A DNA stretch of 64,000 nt, taken from NCBI GenBank assembly GCA_963811105.1, contig CAWEPZ010000011.1, positions 928,001 through 992,000 on the forward strand, given 5' to 3'. Positions within the stretch are counted from its first letter, which is position 1, and each line of letters starts with the position of its first letter. Below the pieces are notes generated by a model that was not told the origin of the DNA, did no database searches, and worked only from the letters and a program-made list of their open reading frames with translations. This document shows, piece by piece, positions 44,877 through 53,723 of the stretch. The position numbers and the translations under genes are program-made. The stretch comes from Candidatus Bathyarchaeota archaeon. Its GTDB lineage: Archaea > Thermoproteota > Bathyarchaeia > Bathyarchaeales > Bathycorpusculaceae.

Positions 44877-45752
44877 ATGAAAGGGAAAGTCTGCATAATA
44901 ACGGGCAGCAACTCCGGAATTGGGAAAGAAACTGCCACAAGCTTGGCTAAATTGGGTGCTCACGTTGTTATGGTTGTTCGCAATCAAGAGCGAGGCGAAA
45001 AAGCACGGTTGGAAATAGTAAAACAAACCGGAAACAACTCAATCGACCTAATGATTTGCGACTTGTCGTCCATGGATTCAATCAGGCGCTTCGCTGAGGA
45101 ATTCAAGAGGAAATACGACAGAGTCGATGTGCTGGTTAATAATGCTGGAGCTATGTTCAATAAACGAGAGGTTACACCAGAAGGCTTTGAACGGACGCTT
45201 GCCGTCAATTATTTGGGGCCTTTTCTGCTTACACATGAGTTGCTGGATTTGCTTAAATCGAGTGCTCCTTCCCGAATAATTAACGTAAGTTCCGGATTAG
45301 CCAAAGATGGTAAGGTAGATCTTGACGATCTTCAGAGTCAAAAGAACTATGCGGGAACTAAAGCTTACGCTCGCGTGCGAGCACCAGTTTACGCGAACAC
45401 TAAACTAATGTTAATGATGTTTACCTATGAACTAGCGAGGCGTCTAGAAGGTACGGGGGTCACTGCAAACGTCCTTATGCCTGGTTTTGTAGCGACTAAT
45501 CTTGGAAAAAACAGTGGTAGCCTCAGTTCATCTCTTATGTTTAAGATGGTTCGTCCAATGCAGGTAAGTCCTAGGAAGGGAGCAGAAACGTCTGTTTACT
45601 TAGCCTCTTCAAGCGAAGTAACAAACGTAACGGGCAAGTGCTTCGCTAAAATGAAGGAAACAACGACCTGTCCAGAGTCATACGATGAGAACCTACAAAA
45701 ACAGTTGTGGAACAGAACAGAAATCATGCTAGGTTTAACTGGTAAGAAGTGA
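44877..45752 (+). CDS. Short-chain dehydrogenase (retinol-DH-like SDR)
   Basis: ITGSNSGIG, NNAG, YANTK. Confidence 0.9.
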   Translation: MKGKVCIITGSNSGIGKETATSLAKLGAHVVMVVRNQERGEKARLEIVKQTGNNSIDLMICDLSSMDSIRRFAEEFKRKYDRVDVLVNNAGAMFNKREVTPEGFERTLAVNYLGPFLLTHELLDLLKSSAPSRIINVSSGLAKDGKVDLDDLQSQKNYAGTKAYARVRAPVYANTKLMLMMFTYELARRLEGTGVTANVLMPGFVATNLGKNSGSLSSSLMFKMVRPMQVSPRKGAETSVYLASSSEVTNVTGKCFAKMKETTTCPESYDENLQKQLWNRTEIMLGLTGKK

Positions 45753-45891
45753 GAGAAAACAGATACAATTTTCAGCGCCGTTGGTGTAATGAAAAAGTGA
45801 TTGATGCTTAAAGAACTAAATTTTGCCTATTGAAATCAAAAAATAATTTAGCAAATGGTTTATACTCAGAATTGTGAGTGGTGACTGAGGA

Positions 45892-46374
45892 TTGGTTGCT
45901 GTGGGCGAAGAGGCTCCGGATTTTACTTTAGAGACTGATGAGGGAAAGCAAGTTTCCTTGAAGGATTATAGGGGTAAATACGTTGTGCTTTACTTTTATC
46001 CTAAGGATGGGACGCCGGGATGTACGACTGAGGCTCTTGAGTTTAAGGATGTTGCTGAACAGTTTGCCAAAGAAGGCGCGGTTATTTTGGGCATCAGTAA
46101 GGACGACGTTAAGTCTCATCAGAAATTTAAGGACAAGCATCAACTGCCGTTCACCTTGCTTAGCGATCCTAAAGCTAAAGTGTTAAACGAATACGGGGTT
46201 TGGAAGGATAAAGTTCTTTACGGGAGAAAATTCATGGGAACCGAACGAACAACGTTTTTGATTGATGAAAAAGGAATCATAAGAAAAATATACACAAAAG
46301 TCAAGCCAGCAGGGCACGCTCAAATATGTCTATTAGATTTGACAAAAGATACCAAACTATTGTTGCCTAAATAA
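45892..46374 (+). CDS. bcp: Thioredoxin-dependent peroxiredoxin Bcp/PrxQ
   Basis: YFYPKDGTPGCTTEA, ERTTFLID. Confidence 0.9.
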   Translation: MVAVGEEAPDFTLETDEGKQVSLKDYRGKYVVLYFYPKDGTPGCTTEALEFKDVAEQFAKEGAVILGISKDDVKSHQKFKDKHQLPFTLLSDPKAKVLNEYGVWKDKVLYGRKFMGTERTTFLIDEKGIIRKIYTKVKPAGHAQICLLDLTKDTKLLLPK

Positions 46375-46546
46375 TGGCTCGGAAAAGAGGTTTTGCAGTC
46401 GCTTGGATATGGAGACGGGCCTTGCTAAGATTTTACTGGTAAAAAGGTGCTGGGATCCCCCTTTCGACGCAATGTTTATCTGAAAATGAGTGTTAATAAT
46501 AATTGGTATATCAATTACCATAAAGCCAACTAATTCTTGGGTATTC

Positions 46547-46592
46547 GGGTGATATCTCCACTTCAGAGGGGGTTCAAATCCCACCTCCTGCA
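46547..46592 (+). repeat. Hybrid box/tRNA-3'-end site D (best preserved; tRNA-Leu-like 3' end)
   Basis: g-ggtgatatctcc-acttcagaggg-ggttcaaatcccacctcctgca. Confidence 0.8.
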
Positions 46593-46636
46593 TTTTTATA
46601 AGTGAAAAGCGTGCGCTTCAAGTTAGGTGAGTGTAG

Positions 46637-46795
46637 ATGGTGACTGCTGAAATCTGTCCCTGTCCAAAAACCAAGTGTGTTCGACATGGCAAATGTGAAG
46701 AATGCACACAACATCACTCAGAAAAAGACAAACTACCCTTCTGCAAAAGAACAAAAACTTCTTTGCTTGGGTTTCTGAAAAAAACGCAATCTTAG
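46637..46795 (+). CDS. Small Cys/His-rich metal-binding protein (52 aa)
   Basis: MVTAEICPCPKTKCVRHGKCEECTQHH..LPFC; AGGTGA RBS; below the ORF-track length cutoff. Confidence 0.7.
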   Translation: MVTAEICPCPKTKCVRHGKCEECTQHHSEKDKLPFCKRTKTSLLGFLKKTQS

Positions 46796-47078
46796 AATTT
46801 GAACAGATTTCTTTGATTGGATTTTTAAAAAGAATTTAAACCAAAATCTAAACGAATATTTGTTAAACCCTCTCGTATGAATCGCACGGTAGCTTTCTTG
46901 CTTATATTTAATACAACGGAGGTATACGAAATGTCTCAAGCCAGTTAGCGCTTTGCATGGTTTGCTGAAAGCTGACAGAAAAGAGCAAGGTGCTAACAAG
47001 CGTTTTTTTATTAAGGCTTAATGAAGCGCGCTGGGTGAGCCGACAGCTATTTAACTCTATAACAAACAAGTAATCGAA

Positions 47079-47369
47079 TTGGTGAAAGAAGTGAGCAAGG
47101 TTGAGAACGAGTTAAAAGAAAAGATTGAGGAAATAATCAGGCAGAAGGCAGAATCATCTGTAACAGATGAGCTTTCAGACTCAGAACACGGGTATGTAGA
47201 TGCTCTGATATGGCTTAAAGAAGGCTCAATCCAGCTAACTAATGAAGGCATTGGAAAAGAAATTGTGGAGCGAACCTATGCGGACAAAGACTCAAGCAAA
47301 GAATACCGAGATGGCTACGACTCTGCACTTAAACTGGTATTAAAAATGCTAATTGAATTGAAAAAATAG
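47079..47369 (+). CDS. Hypothetical acidic helical protein
   Basis: 96-aa ORF with internal EHGYVDAL/EYRDGYDSAL repeat. Confidence 0.55.
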   Translation: MVKEVSKVENELKEKIEEIIRQKAESSVTDELSDSEHGYVDALIWLKEGSIQLTNEGIGKEIVERTYADKDSSKEYRDGYDSALKLVLKMLIELKK

Positions 47370-47456
47370 TATATTCTAAACGAATCACATTGAAATTTAC
47401 TAACTAAATCGCGTTCATGCCCTTATTTAAAAACTGAAGCGCCAAACTGTTTAAAC

Positions 47457-47518
47457 AAAAAAAGGGAAACGAGGGTGATATCTCCACTGAGGTGAGGGTT
47501 CAATTCGATTCCCCACCT
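47457..47518 (+). repeat. Hybrid box/tRNA-3'-end site E
   Basis: aaaaaaagggaaacgag-ggtgatatctcc-actgaggtgag-ggttcaattcgattccccacct. Confidence 0.75.
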
Positions 47519-47584
47519 AAAATGCCGGAAGGTGGACGTTCAATCCCTAACTTCAACACCCTGGTCACGCCTGCGCAGTTAGTT

Positions 47585-48121
47585 TCACCATTTTTCTCGG
47601 TGAACTATCTCTGCGATAGGCTTTCGTTTTCCTCCTCCGACCACTGTTTTTATGAGTTTGCTTCCGAGTCCCTCTTTGTCAGCCGGGTAGCCTACAGGCG
47701 TCATCGCCACGACCTTAATATTCTCTGGAATCCCCAAAGCTTTTTTGATTTTTGCTTCATCAAAGGCTCCTATCCAGCATGTTCCAAGCTCCAAATCGGT
47801 TGCAGCTAAAACCAGCTGCTGCATAGATATCCCCACGTCTACAAGGTAATAATTCATGCCATTGCGGTCGCCGGAGTCTTTGGGGTCAGCGCATGCAACT
47901 ACGATAACGGGTGCCTGTTTGAGCCAGCCGTTTAAGCTACCAGCCAACTCTTGAATTTTGGTTTTGTCTTTCACGACAATATATTTGCAGCATTGCTTGT
48001 TCGCCCACGAAGGCGCCAATCTTGCCACTTCAAGAACTTTAGAAAGCTTTTCATCTTCAACTGGCTTGTCCGCATAGCCGCGAACGCTTTTCCTTGCCAC
48101 TACAACATCCATAAACTCCAT
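47585..48121 (-). CDS. Nitroreductase family protein
   Basis: RKSVRGY, APSWANKQ, LGTCWIG, PVGYP. Confidence 0.9.
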   Translation of the reverse strand: MEFMDVVVARKSVRGYADKPVEDEKLSKVLEVARLAPSWANKQCCKYIVVKDKTKIQELAGSLNGWLKQAPVIVVACADPKDSGDRNGMNYYLVDVGISMQQLVLAATDLELGTCWIGAFDEAKIKKALGIPENIKVVAMTPVGYPADKEGLGSKLIKTVVGGGKRKPIAEIVHREKW

Positions 48122-48274
48122 AATTATCCCAAAAATCAGTTGAGAAAACCGACTTAAAAGCATTCAAAAGCTGTCGCAAAACGGGCAATACCGAGACTCA
48201 ATTTGCTATTTTTGTGAATTTTAGCCAGCATCCACTCAGCCCCTTTTTTCCTCAGATGCTTCTTATTTAAGACC

Positions 48275-48337
48275 AAAAAAGGGGAATTGTGGGAGCCATC
48301 TCCACTCATCATAGGGTTCAAGTCAACTTCCTGGCAG
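48275..48337 (+). repeat. Hybrid box/tRNA-3'-end site F
   Basis: aaaaaaggggaattgtg-ggagccatctcc-actcatcatag-ggttcaagtcaacttcctggcag. Confidence 0.7.
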
Positions 48338-48376
48338 ATTTGGCCCCGGGTGAAAAAAGACGCCACCCTAGCCGAA

Positions 48377-48763
48377 CTACCCAAGCTGAGTTAATTGTAT
48401 CAGGTTTCCGCACGTATCGTCGAACACGACAATGGTTGAGCCAGGTGTTTTGGTCGGCTCCGTCGTGAATTTCACTTCAAGCTTCTTCAATCGCTGATAC
48501 TCTTTCTCAACGTCATCAACGAAGAACATAGCGGCGGGGATTCCTTGCTTGTATATGGCTTCCTGGTATGTTTTTGCTGCAGGATTGCCGTTGGGTCCAA
48601 GTTGCAGTTGGGTGCCGTCTGGCTCTTCAGGCGAAACAACAGTTAGCCATCTGAAGTTGTATGCTGTGACATCTGCTTTCTTAACGAAGCCCAAGACCTC
48701 GGTGTAGAACTTGAGAGCCTTGTTTTGATCGTCTACAAATACAGTTGTCAGTTTGATTTTCAT
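48377..48763 (-). CDS. VOC/glyoxalase family protein
   Basis: VFVDDQNKALKFYTEVLGF..RWLTV..FDDTCGNLIQL. Confidence 0.9.
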   Translation of the reverse strand: MKIKLTTVFVDDQNKALKFYTEVLGFVKKADVTAYNFRWLTVVSPEEPDGTQLQLGPNGNPAAKTYQEAIYKQGIPAAMFFVDDVEKEYQRLKKLEVKFTTEPTKTPGSTIVVFDDTCGNLIQLTQLG

Positions 48764-48816
48764 AGGAGAACAAACACGTTTCACATTCTTAAGACGTTGT
48801 GATTACAGCGTCGCAA

Positions 48817-49242
48817 TCACATGTAACCGCAGCCGTAGCATTTGCCGTCATGCACCGAAACTACGTCGCCGCAGACTGGGCAGGTGTGCTTTTCCGCTTG
48901 CAGTCTGAGAAATTCCGCCATGCCTTTCTCTTTCAGCGTCTTCAGGTTTTCCACCATACTCATGCCGTAGCAGGTTCTGTACCTCCTATCCAGGTGAGCC
49001 AGCTTTTCGCAGGGCATCACGTCGCATTGGCTACAAGACTGGATTTCGCCATGGGTAAGCTTCTTGGTTTTGCAGCCGCGTTTGATATAGCAGTTCTTTG
49101 CTCGGGGGCGGCACCCAGCGCAGTGGGTTACTTTGTTTCTCTGCCGCAGTACCCCATGCACGTAGGCGAGGTAGGCTTTGCATACGCCGCAATTCATCCC
49201 GCAAGGCGCCACAAGTTCAGGGCTGAATGACTTCTGAGTCAT
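48817..49242 (-). CDS. DUF3795-like Cys-rich protein
   Basis: APCGMNCGVC, CAGC, CSQC..PC, C-terminal CPVC..CYGC. Confidence 0.8.
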   Translation of the reverse strand: MTQKSFSPELVAPCGMNCGVCKAYLAYVHGVLRQRNKVTHCAGCRPRAKNCYIKRGCKTKKLTHGEIQSCSQCDVMPCEKLAHLDRRYRTCYGMSMVENLKTLKEKGMAEFLRLQAEKHTCPVCGDVVSVHDGKCYGCGYM

Positions 49243-49346
49243 ACCATGTATTCTGACGGGTTTACGACTTAAGGTTTTGCCGAGCAGCATCCGTCAAAGC
49301 GTTTGCCTTTGGCTGAGTCTACGAGGATAATTCCTAATTATCCAAG

Positions 49347-49405
49347 AAAAAGGAGGAATGCAAGAGATATCGCCACTTGTCCTCGGGTACAAATCCAGTC
49401 CGCTG
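49347..49405 (+). repeat. Hybrid box/tRNA-3'-end site G (degenerate)
   Basis: aaaaaggaggaatgca-agagatatcgcc-acttgtcctcg-ggtacaaatccagtccgctg. Confidence 0.6.
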
Positions 49406-49430
49406 TTTTCTTCATTGGATTCCTTAAATA

Positions 49431-49829
49431 CTATTTCTTCGATATGAAGTGAAGAGCAAACAAGTGTCCTTGATAAGCTACTGGCACCATTATGATCGAA
49501 GCGTCAAAAGTGCTGCCTGTTTTCTTTTTTAGTTTAACATCTATCTTTGAGGCTACCAGTTTCTCCATGGCATTTCGATATGCAGAAACCACAGCTTCCT
49601 GGCTCATTTTGTCAACGCCAACCTCCAGGGGATTTTCAACTTTTGCCCATTCCTCGGGTGAACTAAAACCCTGCCACTCAGCAAACTTCTTGTTACAAAT
49701 CTTGTGGTTATCATCTAAATAGAGGTAAATTGCCTGTTCTGATGAATCAAAGATTTGCTTCAGTTGGTCATGAAATCCTTTGACGAGTTCTTCATGATGC
49801 TCCTCGGGCGTATTCGTTTTTTTCGAAAT
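49431..49829 (-). CDS. PAS-fold-like protein (132 aa) with apparent ATT start
   Basis: Manual translation ..QIFDSSEQAIYLYLDDNHKICNKKFAEWQGFSSPEEW..LFALHFISKK*; GAGGTG RBS 7 nt before ATT. Confidence 0.65.
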   Translation of the reverse strand: MSKKTNTPEEHHEELVKGFHDQLKQIFDSSEQAIYLYLDDNHKICNKKFAEWQGFSSPEEWAKVENPLEVGVDKMSQEAVVSAYRNAMEKLVASKIDVKLKKKTGSTFDASIIMVPVAYQGHLFALHFISKK

Positions 49830-49922
49830 CTGTTTTCACCTCTTACAAACCAATCTTAACTATCCTTTTTGAGAGCGTAAGGGTATAAAGTTGTGTGATT
49901 GTATAGCCGTAGTTACAAAAGG

Positions 49923-49954
49923 AAAAAGAGAATTGTGCGGGAGATATCTCCACT
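49923..49954 (+). repeat. Box-only site H (no tRNA half)
   Basis: aaaaagagaattgtgcg-ggagatatctcc-act; perfect 12-bp palindrome. Confidence 0.6.
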
Positions 49955-50040
49955 TGTGCAAGAAGAAAAGTGCTGAAGCAAATGATAAGTGCTTATAAGG
50001 ATATTTGAACCAACCTTAGAGGGAACGTGAGGTTAGGTAA

Positions 50041-50271
50041 ATGGGTGAATATTCCTCAAGTGACTCAAGTTGCTATCGAGTCAAATTCGACGGTAAAGAA
50101 TTCCTTGAAATAGTAGATATTGCGAAACCAAGGATCATCTACAGACGCAAAAACATGTACTTCTTTGCCTTTGATGGCTTTGTGATGTATTGTGGCCAAT
50201 GCGAAAGCTCGGATTTCACTGCAAGAATTATTGATGCAATTGAGTTCTCAAACTATCAATGGCAAAAATAA
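50041..50271 (+). CDS. Small hypothetical protein
   Basis: 76 aa with GAGG/AGGT RBS-like sequence upstream. Confidence 0.6.
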   Translation: MGEYSSSDSSCYRVKFDGKEFLEIVDIAKPRIIYRRKNMYFFAFDGFVMYCGQCESSDFTARIIDAIEFSNYQWQK

Positions 50272-50455
50272 TCAACGTTAACCGTAAGGGAAAAGATATG
50301 TCAAGAGTTCTTGATGTACAAATAAAAACACCTGAAAAAACTAATTCCGATGAGCTTCAACAGTACGACTTCATTGACTCGATGCAAACGACCTCAAACT
50401 TGCAGAAGAGTCTGCCAAAAACCTAAAGTGAACAAACTAAGAAGTGAATATATAT

Positions 50456-50914
50456 ATGTCATTAGAAAAAAACAAAGCCATTGTTCTTGGATTCATTGAT
50501 GCCTACAATGCACGAAAGTTGGATTTAGTGGATGATTTTGTGTCTCCAGACTACATCGACCATGAAAAGAATATTGGTCGAGAAGATCTTAAACAGCTAA
50601 TTGCTATGGGTATTAACGCATTCCCTGACTGGCATGAAACTGTTAAGGATATCATTGCTGAAGGGGACAAGGTGTGGGTTCTTCTCTCTTACACTGGGAC
50701 CCATAAAGGCGAATTCATGGGATTAGCTCCTACTGGCAAAAAAATAACTTCTTCGGCTGTTGACATCTATCGCATAGTTGATGGCAAACTCGCTGAGTAT
50801 TGGAACGTCACCGACAACCTAAATATTTTCAAACAAGTGGGTGCTATTGAAGTAACAGAAAAGGGAAAGCAACTCTTCCCAGAAGAAACACAGGGGAAAA
50901 AGAAGTTGCTATGA
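50456..50914 (+). CDS. SnoaL-like ester cyclase (NTF2 fold)
   Basis: AFPD..IIAEGDKV..GTHKGEFMGLAPTGKK. Confidence 0.9.
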   Translation: MSLEKNKAIVLGFIDAYNARKLDLVDDFVSPDYIDHEKNIGREDLKQLIAMGINAFPDWHETVKDIIAEGDKVWVLLSYTGTHKGEFMGLAPTGKKITSSAVDIYRIVDGKLAEYWNVTDNLNIFKQVGAIEVTEKGKQLFPEETQGKKKLL

Positions 50915-51399
50915 AATGTTTGATAGTTGTATTTTCTCATCATCATAACAACACTCAGAAAATAGCAGAAGTCTTCGGCAAAGTACTCGATGCACAAGTG
51001 AAGTCTCCTCAACAAACTAACCCAGAAGAGCTTCCAGACTACGACTTAGTAGGCTTCGGATCAGGGATAGACTCTGGAAAAAACTACAAAGAACTCCTTG
51101 ACTTTGCAAACACACTACCTCTCGTCACAAACAAGAAAGCATTTGTTTTCTCGACAAGTGGAATGCCAATCGGAATCTCAGGTCAACAACGACTAGAAGA
51201 GTACACACGCAAATGTCACAAAACCCTTAAAGGAACTCTTCAATCCAAAGGCTATACAGTTATTGATGAGTTTGGCTGCGCTGGATTCAACACTAACAAA
51301 TTCCTCAAGTACTTTGGTGGAATCAACAAAGGTAGACCTAACAGCGAGGACTTAAGACACGCAGAGGAGTTCGCCTCAAAACTCAAGAATTCACCCTAA
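50911..51399 (+). CDS. Flavodoxin family protein
   Basis: SHHHNNTQKIA, DLVGFGSGI, FSTSG, KGRPN. Confidence 0.85.
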   Translation: MKCLIVVFSHHHNNTQKIAEVFGKVLDAQVKSPQQTNPEELPDYDLVGFGSGIDSGKNYKELLDFANTLPLVTNKKAFVFSTSGMPIGISGQQRLEEYTRKCHKTLKGTLQSKGYTVIDEFGCAGFNTNKFLKYFGGINKGRPNSEDLRHAEEFASKLKNSP

Positions 51400-51746
51400 A
51401 GAGCAACGGTGGCATTGAAGGAAAACACTCAAACGAAAGCGCCATAATTATTCTTCAAGATAATGCCAATTTTTCTTAACATTTTTCTCTTTATTTTCTT
51501 AAAAGGACTTTGTTGACTCTCAAAGGTTAGTAAGAATTGACGAGTGAAAACCACACCCGCAGGTGCGCAAGCGCGTCTACACCTGTACAGTAAACAATTC
51601 TCGATTTGCAGAGGCTTAAAAAATGTTTTGCGTAGGTTGCTTGCTTAAAGTTTTGTGTGCTAAATTAAACCCTAAATTAGAAGTTGGCATTAATTCTGGT
51701 AAAATCTTATATTCACAAAACAGAGGTGTTTTGCTAAGGGGTAATC

Positions 51747-52637
51747 ATGAACTTTAGCCCAAAGAATCTACCAAAAACCTTCTTCTTAGCATTAATGTTA
51801 ACAATATTATTAATAGTCAGCATTAACCTGCAACAATCAAATGCCCAAACGTCAGGAAACATGACTATAAACAATGGAGCAATATACAGTAATTCTACTT
51901 TAGTAAATCTAACTTTATCAGCTACCAACGCCACATTGATGTGTTTCTCAAACGACAACTCTACTTGGTCCACCTGGGAAGCTTACAACACAGCAAAAAA
52001 CTGGACACTTCCCACAGGAGACAGTGTCTACACAGTCTATGTTAAATTCCAAGACAGCGACAATCTAACCGCCTACAATAGCGCAAACATTATCCTAGAC
52101 CAGACCCCTCCAGACCCAGTACCCTATGCCGGTTACTACTCAACGGACTACAAAACATTATACTTTGACGCAACTTCCAGTGTCGACAACACCGGCATCC
52201 AATCCTACACATGGAACTTCGGCGATGGCAACATAACGACCGGCATATCATTGGTCCACACCTTCTCTGCAATCGGCAATTACACAGTTACTTTAACTGT
52301 GCAAGACCTCGCAAACAATACAGCAACAGCCAGTTTCACCGTGCCAGTCCCTGATGTATCAACATTTGCAACGGTAACGCCAATCCCAACAATAACACCT
52401 CAACCCACAGTATACCCCACTATAACACAAGAGCCAACAATAACTCCAACCGTGTCATCAGCTACTGGATTTGAGCCTCTAATAGCTGTGGTTCTTGTAG
52501 TAGCCGTGGGAATAATCATCGTTGTGATATTGACTTTTTTTATGCTTAGAAAAAAACCTAAACCACAAGCAAAGGCACCAGAGCAACAGCAAAGGCCAAT
52601 TGCCGCAACTCCACAAACCCGCGAAAACTCCTCGTAA
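51747..52637 (+). CDS. Secreted PKD-domain protein with C-terminal TM anchor
   Basis: Signal peptide; YTWNFGDG..HTF..GNYTVTLTV; PT-rich linker. Confidence 0.85.
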   Translation: MNFSPKNLPKTFFLALMLTILLIVSINLQQSNAQTSGNMTINNGAIYSNSTLVNLTLSATNATLMCFSNDNSTWSTWEAYNTAKNWTLPTGDSVYTVYVKFQDSDNLTAYNSANIILDQTPPDPVPYAGYYSTDYKTLYFDATSSVDNTGIQSYTWNFGDGNITTGISLVHTFSAIGNYTVTLTVQDLANNTATASFTVPVPDVSTFATVTPIPTITPQPTVYPTITQEPTITPTVSSATGFEPLIAVVLVVAVGIIIVVILTFFMLRKKPKPQAKAPEQQQRPIAATPQTRENSS

Positions 52638-52730
52638 TCACCAAAAAACTTATTTTGCCTTATGATTCTGTTGTTGAAAGAAGAAAAAGTTGGTTGGATT
52701 AAGATTTAACCAAATCAACGTTGCCTGCGT

Positions 52731-53318
52731 TTATTTCTCCTGTAGCACCTGAAGTTTAGCCTTGTATTCTTCCTCGGATATTTCTCCTTTAATAAACCTC
52801 ATTTTCAGCTGAACTAATGGGTCTTGAGCAGGTTGAGACTGAATAGAAGTGTTCTGCCTAAAAATCATCTCTGCAGGTTTGTTGAACTCCCAATCCGCTA
52901 TGCCAAGCAACTCTCCTTTATGTTTAATCGACACCGGTTCGACCGCGATGCTATTGTATGAAATTTCTAATGCATCTATGAAGTTTGCCATATCTTTTCG
53001 GCTAACTCTTTCCACGGTATATGAGGTGCCGTCCTCCATTTTAACCGTAACTTCTCCCCACGCAATTGCGCCTTTATGCGCACTTACTTGAAGTACTTTC
53101 TGCAAGGGTAAGGATTTGAAGTCATATCGTCCCAAGTGTTTTTCGTCGAAGTAAATAAGGCGAATGTTCGTAAGTATTATATAATTTGTTAGTTCAGCTA
53201 TCACAAAGCTTTTGAGGTAACTTATGATTTCTTCGCCAGGGGAAAGGTTCTTTTTTAAACTGTTTGGTAGCTTATCGATTAAGCTTTTAGTAGGTTTCTC
53301 GCTCACTTTTTTCACCAT
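52731..53318 (-). CDS. Bacterial-PH-domain protein with C-terminal SHOCT
   Basis: ILTNIRLIY; LKMRFIKGEISEEEYKAK. Confidence 0.75.
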   Translation of the reverse strand: MVKKVSEKPTKSLIDKLPNSLKKNLSPGEEIISYLKSFVIAELTNYIILTNIRLIYFDEKHLGRYDFKSLPLQKVLQVSAHKGAIAWGEVTVKMEDGTSYTVERVSRKDMANFIDALEISYNSIAVEPVSIKHKGELLGIADWEFNKPAEMIFRQNTSIQSQPAQDPLVQLKMRFIKGEISEEEYKAKLQVLQEK

Positions 53319-53723
53319 CTTACGTTAATTAGTGGTATTTGGCATTCTTATATTAAAAAGTATGCAGATTATGAAAATATTAGCGCACTTCAAAGTCTTA
53401 TGCCGTTTTAGACTATACTCTTACCCCATATTGAACATTGATTATATTACGTGCCTCACCTGGATACATGAAAACTCCAAAACCTTCGTATGAAGAGTTC
53501 AAAAGCTTGTTAAGATAAGTTAAGCTGGGAGAACAACCAATTGAAAAATTTTGTTTGTTGTTCTTCCAACCGCGAAATAATCTTTAGCCAAAACAAGAAA
53601 TTAAAGATCCATGCTTTCTTAGAGAAGGTAATGTTCCGGGTGAAATTTTTAGGTGAAAAACAGCTTCCTTTTTCTTAATCTTCCCTACCGTAGTAGTTAA
53701 AAACAAGAATTAACATTTGGTTT

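Noticed and set aside
46357-46593. ORF MQEVGFEPPLKWRYHP and similar 'FEP..WRY' peptides on the reverse strand of the hybrid sites
   Set aside because: GFEP is the usual antisense translation of a tRNA T-arm, and the frame is not preserved in sites A and C.
41021-49954. Canonical integron attC sites or C/D-box sRNAs
   Set aside because: No RYYYAAC...GTTRRRY ends or long bottom-strand hairpin; no RUGAUGA/CUGA box pairs.
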